Source: Pontiella sp.
GTDB lineage: Bacteria > Verrucomicrobiota > Kiritimatiellia > Kiritimatiellales > Pontiellaceae
NCBI GenBank assembly: GCA_041740875.1
Contig: JBGSLE010000554.1
Span: forward strand, 1-57,913
DNA: 57,913 nucleotides
Direction: 5' to 3'
Below the pieces are notes generated by a model, which worked only from the letters and a program-made list of their open reading frames with translations, was not told the DNA's origin and made no database searches. The position numbers were made by a program, and so were the translations under genes. Below, piece after piece: positions 19,816 through 28,797 of the stretch (its first letter is position 1; each line of letters begins with the position of its first letter).

Positions 19816-21513
19816 TCACTCTGGCTGATAAATAAAGGTATCGAAGTCGGCCACCGAACCACTCGGCTCGCCGTTCGACGAGGCATACATACCGACCATC
19901 GGCCCCGTATATTTTCCGCCATACACATACTCCGTGTCCGAAACATCAAAACCGGCCTTCACCGTTTTCCACTGCCGGCCATCGGACGAATAGGCGAAGG
20001 AATAGCTTAATTCCTCTGCAGAGAGCTTCAGATGGAGCGGGCCGGGCGCCACGACGGCCTGCGCCACGACCGTATCGTTCGTGGCCGGGCTGCTACGGAA
20101 GGCCACCTTCAGCGTGGGGGCGCCATTTTCGGTCACGAGGGTAAACTTGATATAGTTGCCGCGGTCGCGGATGAGCAACAGCCCCGCCTCTTCGTTTGCT
20201 TTCACCGGATTGAACTCCATCCGGGTCGCTATCGAAAAGTCGTGGTGCTCCTGCCGCTTGCAAACAAAAGAGGGATTGACCTTTTCGGCGGCGGTCTCGG
20301 GTCGCAACTGAATTCGCAAGAATCCCTTCCGCTCCGCGAGCGACCACCAATCGGTGCGCGGCGTGCGCACAAACGTCCACTGCGGATGCAAGGCCGAGTC
20401 AGAAAACTCCTCGTTCCAGCGGTTGCTTTGGAAGGGATGGTCCTTGAGGTTGGGCCGCTCCTGTACCAGCTCGCTGCGGCCAATTTTTCCGCGCGGATTG
20501 ACCACCGGCCATTCGCCCGACCAATCGACCAGCGACAGGAAGGTCTCGCGACCCAAAATAAATTGCTCCCGCTCGACTTTGACCGGTTTTTCGGTAATCG
20601 GTCGTTTTCCCAGATAGACCAGCGCCCAATCGTCTCCGTCAATCTGCACCAGATCGGCATGTCCGGTGGCGGTAATCGGATGCGTTCGCGACAAATCGCG
20701 ATGGGTCAAAATCGGGTTGGCCGGATTCAGTTCGTAGGGGCCAAGGAGGTTTTTGCTGCGCAGAATGGCGAAGGCGTGGTTGTGTCCCGTGCCGCCAATC
20801 GAGAAGGTGCCGTAATAGAACCCATTGCGCTTATACAGATGAGGCCCCTCCATCGCCGCCAAAAACGACTCTTTGCCCCCCCACATCGATGATCCTTTGA
20901 TCCGAAACTCAGCGGCATCGAAGAGGGTGGTTCGCTCACCTTTCAGCTCCCATTTTTCGAGATCCAGTTCCTGTATCCAGATCGTGTTGTGGCTTTTCCA
21001 AACCATGTTCTCCGGCTTCTGGGTGCCCGACATGTAGACCTTGCCGTCGTCATCAAAAAAGAGATCGGGATCAATGCCCGGAGCGCCCTTGATCCAGTGC
21101 GGCTCCGACCAAGGCCCCGCCGGATTTTGCGCCGTTACGACAAACCCGCCGTCGCCCCGTCCGATGAGCGTGGTAACCATATAGAAGGTGCCCTTGTGAT
21201 GACGAATGCACGGGGCAAAAATACCCTGCAAACATTCAAGACCATCCAGATTAAGCTGCGACGGGCGATGCAGCGCATGGCCGATCATCTCCCAATTCAC
21301 CAGATCCCGGCTGTGATACACCGGCACGCCGGGAAAATATTCAAAGCTCGAGGTGACCAGATAATAGTCCTCTCCCACCTTGCAGATGCTCGGATCGGGG
21401 TTGAATCCCGAAATCACGGGGTTGTTAAAGGTCTTTGCGTCCCCAGGGTTCGCCTGGCCCAATGCGCATGCCGCCATCAGCATGGAACATACTGCGATTG
21501 CTTTTTGGTTCAT
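19816..21513 (-). CDS. Glycoside hydrolase family 43 with C-terminal beta-sandwich
   Basis: Probable start MNQKAIAV; NPVISGFNPDPS, SSFEYFPGVP, GIDPDLFFDDDG, EGPHLYK, TGHAD. Confidence 0.94.
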   Translation of the reverse strand: MNQKAIAVCSMLMAACALGQANPGDAKTFNNPVISGFNPDPSICKVGEDYYLVTSSFEYFPGVPVYHSRDLVNWEMIGHALHRPSQLNLDGLECLQGIFAPCIRHHKGTFYMVTTLIGRGDGGFVVTAQNPAGPWSEPHWIKGAPGIDPDLFFDDDGKVYMSGTQKPENMVWKSHNTIWIQELDLEKWELKGERTTLFDAAEFRIKGSSMWGGKESFLAAMEGPHLYKRNGFYYGTFSIGGTGHNHAFAILRSKNLLGPYELNPANPILTHRDLSRTHPITATGHADLVQIDGDDWALVYLGKRPITEKPVKVEREQFILGRETFLSLVDWSGEWPVVNPRGKIGRSELVQERPNLKDHPFQSNRWNEEFSDSALHPQWTFVRTPRTDWWSLAERKGFLRIQLRPETAAEKVNPSFVCKRQEHHDFSIATRMEFNPVKANEEAGLLLIRDRGNYIKFTLVTENGAPTLKVAFRSSPATNDTVVAQAVVAPGPLHLKLSAEELSYSFAYSSDGRQWKTVKAGFDVSDTEYVYGGKYTGPMVGMYASSNGEPSGSVADFDTFIYQPE

Positions 21514-21580
21514 CTCTACACGCATCCTTATCCTCGCTTGATTTGCCATACAGCCATTTTAGAAATATCGCCGAAACAAT

Positions 21581-23851
21581 TTACCTTCTCCGATCCAGCA
21601 CCACAAGGCTTACCGTTTGGGTGGCGGTTAAGGTGCCATCGTTGGCCAGCAGGGTGATCGTCGTCTGTCCGGCCTTGTTCGGCAACGGGGTTGCGGCGAT
21701 GGTGAAATAGGGCGAGGCGCCGGAAATCACGAGATGGGCGTCTGGCACCAAGGCGGTGTTGGAGGATGTCGCGGTGACCACCAGCGAGCCGGACGCGGTG
21801 TCGTCCTCGGCCAGGAAGAGGACCGGAGCCAGGTCGCTGTTTGCGGGAATCGTTTGATCGGCCGGCGGCAGGGTGAAGCGCGGCGAGCAGTGGACGGGCG
21901 AGAGCCGGATGTAGTCGATGGTAAGCGCCAAGCCGGCGCTAAGCACGTGTTTCGATACCGCAGAAAATCGAAACTGCCAATCGCCCGCCTCCGGAAAATC
22001 GACCATTCCGAGGTCAAATTCCTGGGCAAGCTGGGAGGCCGAATAGGTGTCTTGCGGGAGTCCAATATTGGTAAAGGTCGTGCTGTTTGGCGGGGCGATG
22101 GCGAGTTGCACCTGTCCGGCATCGCTCGCCTTCAACATGCCGATTTTTACATTCCATTCGCCCTTGAACGGCATCTCCGTCTGCAGGGTGATGAAATCGT
22201 TCGCTGCATAGGCATTCAATCGACGTCCAGCCGCCGCGCGCAAGAGCGGGCTGTTAACCAATGAAGAGGTGTTGTCCGCTGAACCATCGAGCACCGCCGC
22301 TTTTTCCGCCTGGCCATTCAGGGCGTTCCAAACGCCCCAGAAGGCGGGTTTTTTGTCGATGTTGAAATCAAAGAGCAGCGGCTGTCCCCGCGCGTAGTCG
22401 CTAAACTTATAGATCCAGGTGTAGCCGTCGTAGATTCCCCAGATTTGGCAAAGCTTGAAGTTTGAAAATCCTAGCGCCGTGCCGAGGGTATCGAAATAGA
22501 TTTGGCCCTGCTTCTCGATGCTGTCCGCCGTCGCGAAGCCATTGGTATCGACCGGCAGGCTGACATCCAACTCCGTGATCTGAAGATCAAGGCCCAGATC
22601 TTGGAAGCGCTGTAGGTTGGCATAATTGTCAGCAATTTTGAAGGTGTTATCGGTCAAGTGGGTCTGGATGCCGAATCCATCGATGGGAATGCCCTGCGCA
22701 ACAAAATCGGAGAGCATGTAGTAAATGGCATCGGATTTACTATTGGTGTAATGGCAGTCGAAATCATTGTAGAAGAGCTTGGCATCGGGGTCGCTAAGAC
22801 GGGTGTGCTTGAACGCCTCCGCTATGTACATGGCGCCATTCGTCGCATAGCCGATGCCCGGGTTGTCGTACCAATGGGGGGATTCGCCGGGGCAGTTGGT
22901 GGTGCTGCGCAACGAGCCGTCGGCCATCATGGCTTCGTTCACCACATCCCAATGGGAGAGCCGGCCGCGGAAATGGGTGGTTACCGTATCGATGTGGTTC
23001 CAGAGAATGTCTCGCATGGCGGCGGGTGTACGCACCTCGCTGGTTACCCACGAGGGAACCCATCGGCCGTGCCAAACAAGGCAATGCCCTCGCGAGGTGC
23101 CGCCATGTGCCAGGCTGAAGTCGATAATGCTTTCGGCCTTGGCATAGGTGAACGTATTTTGCGAAGGCTGCAAGCCCTTGAACTTGGTCTCGTTTTCTGT
23201 CGAGGCCATGTGGAAGTGGCCGGCATGGGCGCTGGCGAATTTAACGTTGGTGGGGAACAGGGTTGGCCCCATCGTTGACCCCAACCGCAAGCCGGGATAG
23301 TGGGCCGCCGCCTTGCGCAACCCGGTTGCGGGAGCCACATAGGCATTGTCCACATAAAGCTTCACGCCAGGCATTGGCCCCGAAACAAAAAAGACCAGTT
23401 CGTTCAGCGGCTCGTCCAGCGGCACGGTGTAGTAGCCGGAAAGCCAGACCCAGCAGCCGCTCGCCACCGATTCGGTCGCGATGGCGGTGGTGTCTGCCGT
23501 GGCATCCACCGTGCTCCGGAAGGAAAGCATGACGGTTTCGTTCGTGGCGCTGTCCGTGCGCGCCCAGGCCGAGACGAAATAGGGTTGCCCGGGCACCATT
23601 TTCCCCAGCATGTTTTGCCGGACGCCGTGGTGGGTGGCGGTGCGCGCAACCGCAACCGCATTGGTGCCGGTGTGGCGGATGGTGCTGCTCTCGATCATCG
23701 CGCCGGCATGCCCGTCCCAGCCAGTCAGCCCCGCTTCGAACCCGGGATTGGTTAACATATTTTCCGGTGCCGGAATATCGGCCGCCCCGGCCGCAAGACC
23801 CTGCGCACAACCCGCCGCAACCAGGAACGCGCGAAGGCCTGGAACCTTCAT
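21581..23851 (-). CDS. Glycoside hydrolase family 10 xylanase with N-terminal CBM4_9/22-like domain, a further beta-sandwich and a C-terminal Ig/cadherin-like domain
   Basis: NPGFEAG (CBM4_9-like), ENETKF, RGHCLVWH, WDVVNE (acid/base), FYND, GIQTH, ITELD (nucleophile); tail SSNTALVP...GQTTITLLANDG. Start could alternatively be 23881. Confidence 0.92.
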   Translation of the reverse strand: MKVPGLRAFLVAAGCAQGLAAGAADIPAPENMLTNPGFEAGLTGWDGHAGAMIESSTIRHTGTNAVAVARTATHHGVRQNMLGKMVPGQPYFVSAWARTDSATNETVMLSFRSTVDATADTTAIATESVASGCWVWLSGYYTVPLDEPLNELVFFVSGPMPGVKLYVDNAYVAPATGLRKAAAHYPGLRLGSTMGPTLFPTNVKFASAHAGHFHMASTENETKFKGLQPSQNTFTYAKAESIIDFSLAHGGTSRGHCLVWHGRWVPSWVTSEVRTPAAMRDILWNHIDTVTTHFRGRLSHWDVVNEAMMADGSLRSTTNCPGESPHWYDNPGIGYATNGAMYIAEAFKHTRLSDPDAKLFYNDFDCHYTNSKSDAIYYMLSDFVAQGIPIDGFGIQTHLTDNTFKIADNYANLQRFQDLGLDLQITELDVSLPVDTNGFATADSIEKQGQIYFDTLGTALGFSNFKLCQIWGIYDGYTWIYKFSDYARGQPLLFDFNIDKKPAFWGVWNALNGQAEKAAVLDGSADNTSSLVNSPLLRAAAGRRLNAYAANDFITLQTEMPFKGEWNVKIGMLKASDAGQVQLAIAPPNSTTFTNIGLPQDTYSASQLAQEFDLGMVDFPEAGDWQFRFSAVSKHVLSAGLALTIDYIRLSPVHCSPRFTLPPADQTIPANSDLAPVLFLAEDDTASGSLVVTATSSNTALVPDAHLVISGASPYFTIAATPLPNKAGQTTITLLANDGTLTATQTVSLVVLDRRR

Positions 23852-23884
23852 CTTGCTGCGATAGTTCGTGATTCCATGCATCGC

Positions 23885-25309
23885 TTAGTTTTTACCTTTG
23901 GCGAGCGGCTTCATGTCGGGAGGCGTTCCGCCACAGGGACGCTTGTTCTTGGCAATCTCCGCGTCGTATTGCTTCGCCTCTTCCAGCAACTGCTTCACGA
24001 TTTCCGGATGTTTGGCCGCCACGTCCGTGGTTTCGCCCGGATCGGTTGCGAGATTAAAAAGTCCCGGCCCCGCGCCCTCGCGCTGCTTAAGGTAGACATC
24101 CGTCTGCTTGGGCCGATATTTATAGGGGTTGTAGGTGTCCAGCGAAGAGTCGCCGGGCGAGCTGAGGAATAGCTTCCACTCGCCGCGACGGTAGGCAATG
24201 AGCTGGCTCTGACCGCCGCTATAGTGAACGTAAGAATCCCTGACCGGGGCGGGGTTTTTGTCGAACAACAGGGTCGAAACATCCCGTCCGTCAAGGATCC
24301 GCTTCGGATCGAGCGGCTGACCAACCAGCTTGGCGAACGTGGGCAGCATATCGATGTTGCCGGTAATCTGGTCGCAGCTGGTTCCGGCAGGAATTTTTCC
24401 CGGCCAGCGCATAATGCAAGGAACGCGGAGTCCGCCTTCAAAACAGGTGGCCTTGAGGCCGCGGAAGGGTGGGGCGGGGTGCAGGTCGGGGCCGTTGTCG
24501 GACGTGAAGATAACCAAGGTGTTTTCGTCCAGCTTCAACTCTTTGAGCGTGGCCATGATCTGGCCGACCGACCAGTCGATCTCTTCAATCGCATCGCCCA
24601 GCAAACCTTCCGCGCTTTTTCCCTTAAAATCAGCCGAAGCCGCCAGCGGCTCATGAATCATGCTATGAGGCAGATAGAGAAAGAACGGGCCGTCTTTATG
24701 TTCGCGGATAAATTGAATGGCCTCTTCGGTGTAGCGCTTCGTCAGCAGGGACTGATCCGGCTCGGTCTCGATCACGGTTTCGTTGCGGTAGAGCGGTAGT
24801 GGCGGAAGTCCCTTGCGTACGGCCGTAGGCTTGCGGCTGACCATGTTGTTGCTGTAGGGCAGGCCGAAATAGAAGTCGAATCCCTGCCGGTTCGGCATGA
24901 ATTCCGGCTTGTCCCCGAGATGCCACTTGCCGATGCATGCCGTGGCATACCCGTGCGGTTTCATCACTTCCGGCATAATGACCTCGTCCGGATTCAGGCC
25001 GATTGGGCTCTCCGGCGTCAAAACCCCGGGAAGCGAAAGGCGCGTGTTGTAGCAGCCGGTCATCATGCAGGCGCGCGACATCGTGCAGACGGAGGTTGCA
25101 TAAAAGCTGGTGAACCGTCGCCCCTCCTGGGCCATTCGATCCAGATGCGGCGTGCGCAATGTGGTGTTGCCGAACGGGCCGATGTCGGCATAGCCCATGT
25201 CGTCGATGAAGATCAACACGATGTTGGGTTTCGCGGGTGCGGCATGCGCGACATAGCCGCCGCTCAAGCTGAGCGCGGCGAGAAGAAGGGCTGTTTTTTT
25301 AATGGCCAT
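23885..25309 (-). CDS. S1 sulfatase (arylsulfatase A-like) with a variant active-site motif CTMSR
   Basis: Start MAIKKTALL; PNIVLIFIDDMGY, SVCTMSRACMMTG, GKWHLG, GLPYSNNM, SDNGP. Confidence 0.93.
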   Translation of the reverse strand: MAIKKTALLLAALSLSGGYVAHAAPAKPNIVLIFIDDMGYADIGPFGNTTLRTPHLDRMAQEGRRFTSFYATSVCTMSRACMMTGCYNTRLSLPGVLTPESPIGLNPDEVIMPEVMKPHGYATACIGKWHLGDKPEFMPNRQGFDFYFGLPYSNNMVSRKPTAVRKGLPPLPLYRNETVIETEPDQSLLTKRYTEEAIQFIREHKDGPFFLYLPHSMIHEPLAASADFKGKSAEGLLGDAIEEIDWSVGQIMATLKELKLDENTLVIFTSDNGPDLHPAPPFRGLKATCFEGGLRVPCIMRWPGKIPAGTSCDQITGNIDMLPTFAKLVGQPLDPKRILDGRDVSTLLFDKNPAPVRDSYVHYSGGQSQLIAYRRGEWKLFLSSPGDSSLDTYNPYKYRPKQTDVYLKQREGAGPGLFNLATDPGETTDVAAKHPEIVKQLLEEAKQYDAEIAKNKRPCGGTPPDMKPLAKGKN

Positions 25310-25463
25310 ATCGCTTATCTCTTCCTTGTTCCGTAACAGGACGGCATCGGAAACAAATTCTCCATCGACCGCAAAGACGCCACGAAACAAAGGATTGTCG
25401 CTGCTTCCTTTTTAGGCTTCACATTATTGCGGTTATCTCATCCGCTCCGAAGCCGTATTGGTT

Positions 25464-25554
25464 GGTAGGGACGGCTGTCCCTCGTGAGGGGCGTTGCCCC
25501 AGCGAGGGCTCACGACCTGCCGTCCGCGGCGGAGTGGGACACTCCGCCCTATCC
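25464..25554. repeat. REPIN-like element (inverted pair of GTAG-family REP palindromes)
   Basis: Left end GGTAGGGACGGC...GCCGTCC. Right end on the - strand GGATAGGGCGGAGTGTCCCACTCCGCCG. An extra TCGTGAG...CTCACGA hairpin is nested in the left unit. Confidence 0.65.
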
Positions 25555-25632
25555 AGTGTGCGGCATCGCAACCGTTGTTTGCGCTAACGCCCCCACCCAT
25601 GATGAATCGCCTGCGAATGGGCTTTTGATAAA

Positions 25633-25679
25633 ACGAAGAGCACGAAGGGTTGCAGTGTTCAGCATCTTCGTGCTCTTCA
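25633..25679. repeat. Short inverted repeat
   Basis: GAAGAGCACGAAG...CTTCGTGCTCTTC just downstream of the PEP-CTERM gene; possible terminator or miniature repeat. Confidence 0.5.
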
Positions 25680-25715
25680 CGGCCTGTTTCATCCAGCGAT
25701 GGAACAGGATGGAGC

Positions 25716-26432
25716 CTACATCATGATGCGGCGCACACCCAACAGCATCAGGGCTCCAGCGGTAATCATGCCCATGGTGGCCGGTTCGGGAATTACGTTT
25801 ACAGCCATAGCAGCAACCCCAAGACGATCCACAACTCCATTATTGAGTGAATTGAATCCCTCAAACTTGAGCGTCAACAGGTCGGTTACGTTATCCGCAT
25901 CAAATGCAACCTGATAGATCAGCAGATTTTGGATAGTACCATTATTAGCAACCTGGGTAACAACATTGGTATGTCCTGCCAAAGAAGCCGTAATCTGCAT
26001 ACCTGTCCGTAGGGTATACCCATATACCGTAACCAAACCACTGCCTCCACCCACCGTTATGCTAATCGAAGAACCGTTGGATTCCATTCCACCATTTGTA
26101 TCGGAAATGCGACGCTCCGTAGAATTTAAGGCATTGTTAACGGGACCTGTTGAGGTATACGTTAAGCCCGAAAGCGTGTCGGACGTTCCGAGCGCTAATG
26201 TAGGATCAACCGGCAATACAACACTATAATCGCCGATCACCGTTCCACCCGTCTTCTGCCTACCCGCTACATCTTCATTTGACCAGATCGACCAATCCAC
26301 GGCACCCACCACATCCAGATTGATATTGGTTGTTGCATTGCCGAAGTTCTGAGCGGACACCCCACTAATCAGCGACGCTTGCGCCGCACTTGCCGCGCAA
26401 AGTGCGACGGCCATAATTTTCCATGTCTTCAT
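25716..26432 (-). CDS. PEP-CTERM sorting-domain protein
   Basis: AGGAG RBS; signal peptide MKTWKIMAVALCAASAAQA; tail VIPEPATMGMITAGALMLLGVRRIMM (PEP + TM helix + basic cluster). Confidence 0.93.
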   Translation of the reverse strand: MKTWKIMAVALCAASAAQASLISGVSAQNFGNATTNINLDVVGAVDWSIWSNEDVAGRQKTGGTVIGDYSVVLPVDPTLALGTSDTLSGLTYTSTGPVNNALNSTERRISDTNGGMESNGSSISITVGGGSGLVTVYGYTLRTGMQITASLAGHTNVVTQVANNGTIQNLLIYQVAFDADNVTDLLTLKFEGFNSLNNGVVDRLGVAAMAVNVIPEPATMGMITAGALMLLGVRRIMM

Positions 26433-26564
26433 TTTATCTCCTTTTCTTCCGGAGTTCATCTCCGGATGTTTTATTTATCTCCAGCGGGCACCTCGCCCGC
26501 CGGAACAGCTGAATCCTGCCTGCGCAGGATCCTGGAAAACTAAATTTAAGCGGGATTTCGGGAC

Positions 26565-27422
26565 CTACATCAGGATGCGGCGGGCACCCAAGAGCGCAAC
26601 GGTCGCTACGCCAATCAGACCCAATGCAGCGGGTTCTGGGATAACGGTAATGGTTCCGCCTCCATTCACAACAACGGCCTGGGCCGTAAGCGAGAATGTG
26701 CCAAGCTGTGCGTATGTATAGGTTCCTTCATCAATCGTTACACCGTTCAGTACCAGCGAGGTGAAGGCGACATTCCGGCTGTTTTGATAGCGTCCGGTTC
26801 CGCTAACAACCATACCAAAATTGGCATCGCCTTCCGCAACGGCCATGAGGTTGAGGCGTCCGTAATTCTTGACGTCGAAGATACCGCCGAAATCGCTAAT
26901 TGAGGTCATTTGGGTCAGATTCACGGCGGAGCCCGTGTTAGCGCCATCTCCAATAACAGCGATGGTTCCGCTTCCGGCCAAATGACCCTCCTGAACAAAC
27001 AGATGCTTGTTGCCTGCATCTCCACACTGGATGGTGCCGGAATTGAGAGTGAGGGTATTTCCGCCCAAGTGGATGCTTTTGGTTTGGTTGGCTCGACCAT
27101 CCAGCAGTCCACCATCGAGTACCACGTTTCTCACAGTTACGTCGTTGGGGTTACTTGACGCGCCCGCGAGTGGTCTGAAAATTCCACCGGCATCAATCCG
27201 CAAGGTTTGGCCATAAAACACATCGTTATCGGCAGCACGCACATCAATGGTGGTGGCCCATACGTTCGTGTCGCCAGCGACGGGTGCAGTAAGATTGCTC
27301 CATGTTGCACCTGCCGTGATGTTTCCTGTGTCTAAAACGGCCGTATAAACATCGGCCTGTGTGGTTCCTACTATCGCCGCCAGCAACGTAGCTGTGGCAA
27401 CTAATTTTTGTCTGTCTGTCAT
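26565..27422 (-). CDS. PEP-CTERM protein carrying one copy of the shared beta-helix-like module
   Basis: Start MTDRQKLVATATLLAAIVGTTQA; tail VIPEPAALGLIGVATVALLGARRILM. Confidence 0.93.
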   Translation of the reverse strand: MTDRQKLVATATLLAAIVGTTQADVYTAVLDTGNITAGATWSNLTAPVAGDTNVWATTIDVRAADNDVFYGQTLRIDAGGIFRPLAGASSNPNDVTVRNVVLDGGLLDGRANQTKSIHLGGNTLTLNSGTIQCGDAGNKHLFVQEGHLAGSGTIAVIGDGANTGSAVNLTQMTSISDFGGIFDVKNYGRLNLMAVAEGDANFGMVVSGTGRYQNSRNVAFTSLVLNGVTIDEGTYTYAQLGTFSLTAQAVVVNGGGTITVIPEPAALGLIGVATVALLGARRILM

Positions 27423-27541
27423 TTTTCTCTCAATTAAGTTTTGCCCGATCATTGGGCTGTACTACTCCGGCGGGCACCGTGCCCGCCGATGATCGTGTGG
27501 GGGCGGATCTGCATGTGCAGATTCGCCCTTAAAAATTCGGT

Positions 27542-28723
27542 TTAGGGAGTTTCGGTTACGTTGAGGGTTACAAACAAGCTCGATTCGGCGGTGCCGAATT
27601 GGTTGGTGACGGTTTCGAAGTCGGCATCGACCACGCCGGTTCCGATGACTGCGGCATCGCCGATGGCCGTTGCGGCGGCGGTCAGTCCGTTGCTATGGAC
27701 CATGATGTCATAGCTCAGGCTGTCGTCGCTGGTGCGGCGGGTGTAGATGTAGTCCATGTTGCTTCCGCTGGCGCTCCAATCGGGCTGCTTCAGCGCGGCG
27801 TCGTTCGTGTTCGGATTTCCGCCCAGGCTGTATTCGAGCAGGTTGTCCATCCCGTCGTCGTCGGGGTCAGCGGTGCGGAGCGCATCGTCGCCCGCCAGCT
27901 CATTTTCAGCGGCCCAGAGCACATATCCCGTCGCGGCGCTTCCATCGACCACCGTGATGATTCCGACGCCGCCCGGCACAACCACCACCTGGGCCGTGGC
28001 CGAAAGATTGGTGTAGGCATAGCTTCCGGCAGCAATCGTCTCGCCGTTCAAGACCAACGAGGTGAAGGCGACATTTTGGCTGTTTTCATAGCGCCCGGTT
28101 CCGCTAACGATCATGCCAAAGTTGGCATCTTCCACTGCAACCGCCTTAAGGTTGAGGCGTCCGTTGCTCTTGACGTCGAAGATGCCGCTGAATCCGTTGA
28201 TCGAGGTCATCAGGGCCAGACTGACGGTGGAGTTGCCGGCGGCAGTAGTTCCGATAATGGAAATGGTGCCGCTTCCAGCCAGCTGGCCACCCCGGATGGT
28301 CAGATCCTTGTTGGATGCGTCGCCGCTTTTGATGGTTCCGGAATTCAGGGTGAGGGTGTGGCCTCCCAACCAAATGATTTTGGTTTGATTGGCTGTGCCA
28401 TCGATGAGACCGCCATCCAGGACCATGTCATTCACGGTTACGTCGTTGGGGTTGAGATTCGCACCAAGGTTTGGCTTAAAACTTCCTCCGGCATCGATCC
28501 GCAGGGTCAGACCGTGGAACACGTTGCTATCGACAGCGGACAAAACAAAGGCCCCGCTGGCCCAAATGTTGGTGTCTCCCTCGGCTGGAGCCGGAATGCC
28601 CCAGGTTGTCTCTGTCACGATGTTTCCATTCGTAACGGCCGTGAATACATCGGCTTGCGTGGTCCCTGCCAGCGCCGCCACCAGTGCTGCTACGGTAAAT
28701 ATTGTCTGTTTAGCTGTCATCAT
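27542..28723 (-). CDS. Secreted paralogue of 26565..27422 with a DxDxDG/EY C-terminal module instead of PEP-CTERM
   Basis: Shared passenger (e.g. NPNDVTV, TLTLNSGTI, ANFGMxVSGTGRYxNSxNVAFTSLVLNG); tail DPDDDGMDNLLEYSLGGNP...SLFVTLNVTETP. Confidence 0.9.
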   Translation of the reverse strand: MMTAKQTIFTVAALVAALAGTTQADVFTAVTNGNIVTETTWGIPAPAEGDTNIWASGAFVLSAVDSNVFHGLTLRIDAGGSFKPNLGANLNPNDVTVNDMVLDGGLIDGTANQTKIIWLGGHTLTLNSGTIKSGDASNKDLTIRGGQLAGSGTISIIGTTAAGNSTVSLALMTSINGFSGIFDVKSNGRLNLKAVAVEDANFGMIVSGTGRYENSQNVAFTSLVLNGETIAAGSYAYTNLSATAQVVVVPGGVGIITVVDGSAATGYVLWAAENELAGDDALRTADPDDDGMDNLLEYSLGGNPNTNDAALKQPDWSASGSNMDYIYTRRTSDDSLSYDIMVHSNGLTAAATAIGDAAVIGTGVVDADFETVTNQFGTAESSLFVTLNVTETP

Positions 28724-28750
28724 TTTTTCCTTGGCTTAATGTTTCCATCC

Positions 28751-28785
28751 AAAGAACGGAACCCCGGCGAACCGGGGTTCTGTTC
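28751..28785 (-). terminator. Strong hairpin downstream of 28798..30678
   Basis: On the - strand GAACAGAACCCCGG-TTCG-CCGGGGTTCCGTTC followed by TTT. The short T-tract suggests partial termination or mRNA stabilisation. Confidence 0.55.
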
Positions 28786-28797
28786 AGTCATCCCTGG

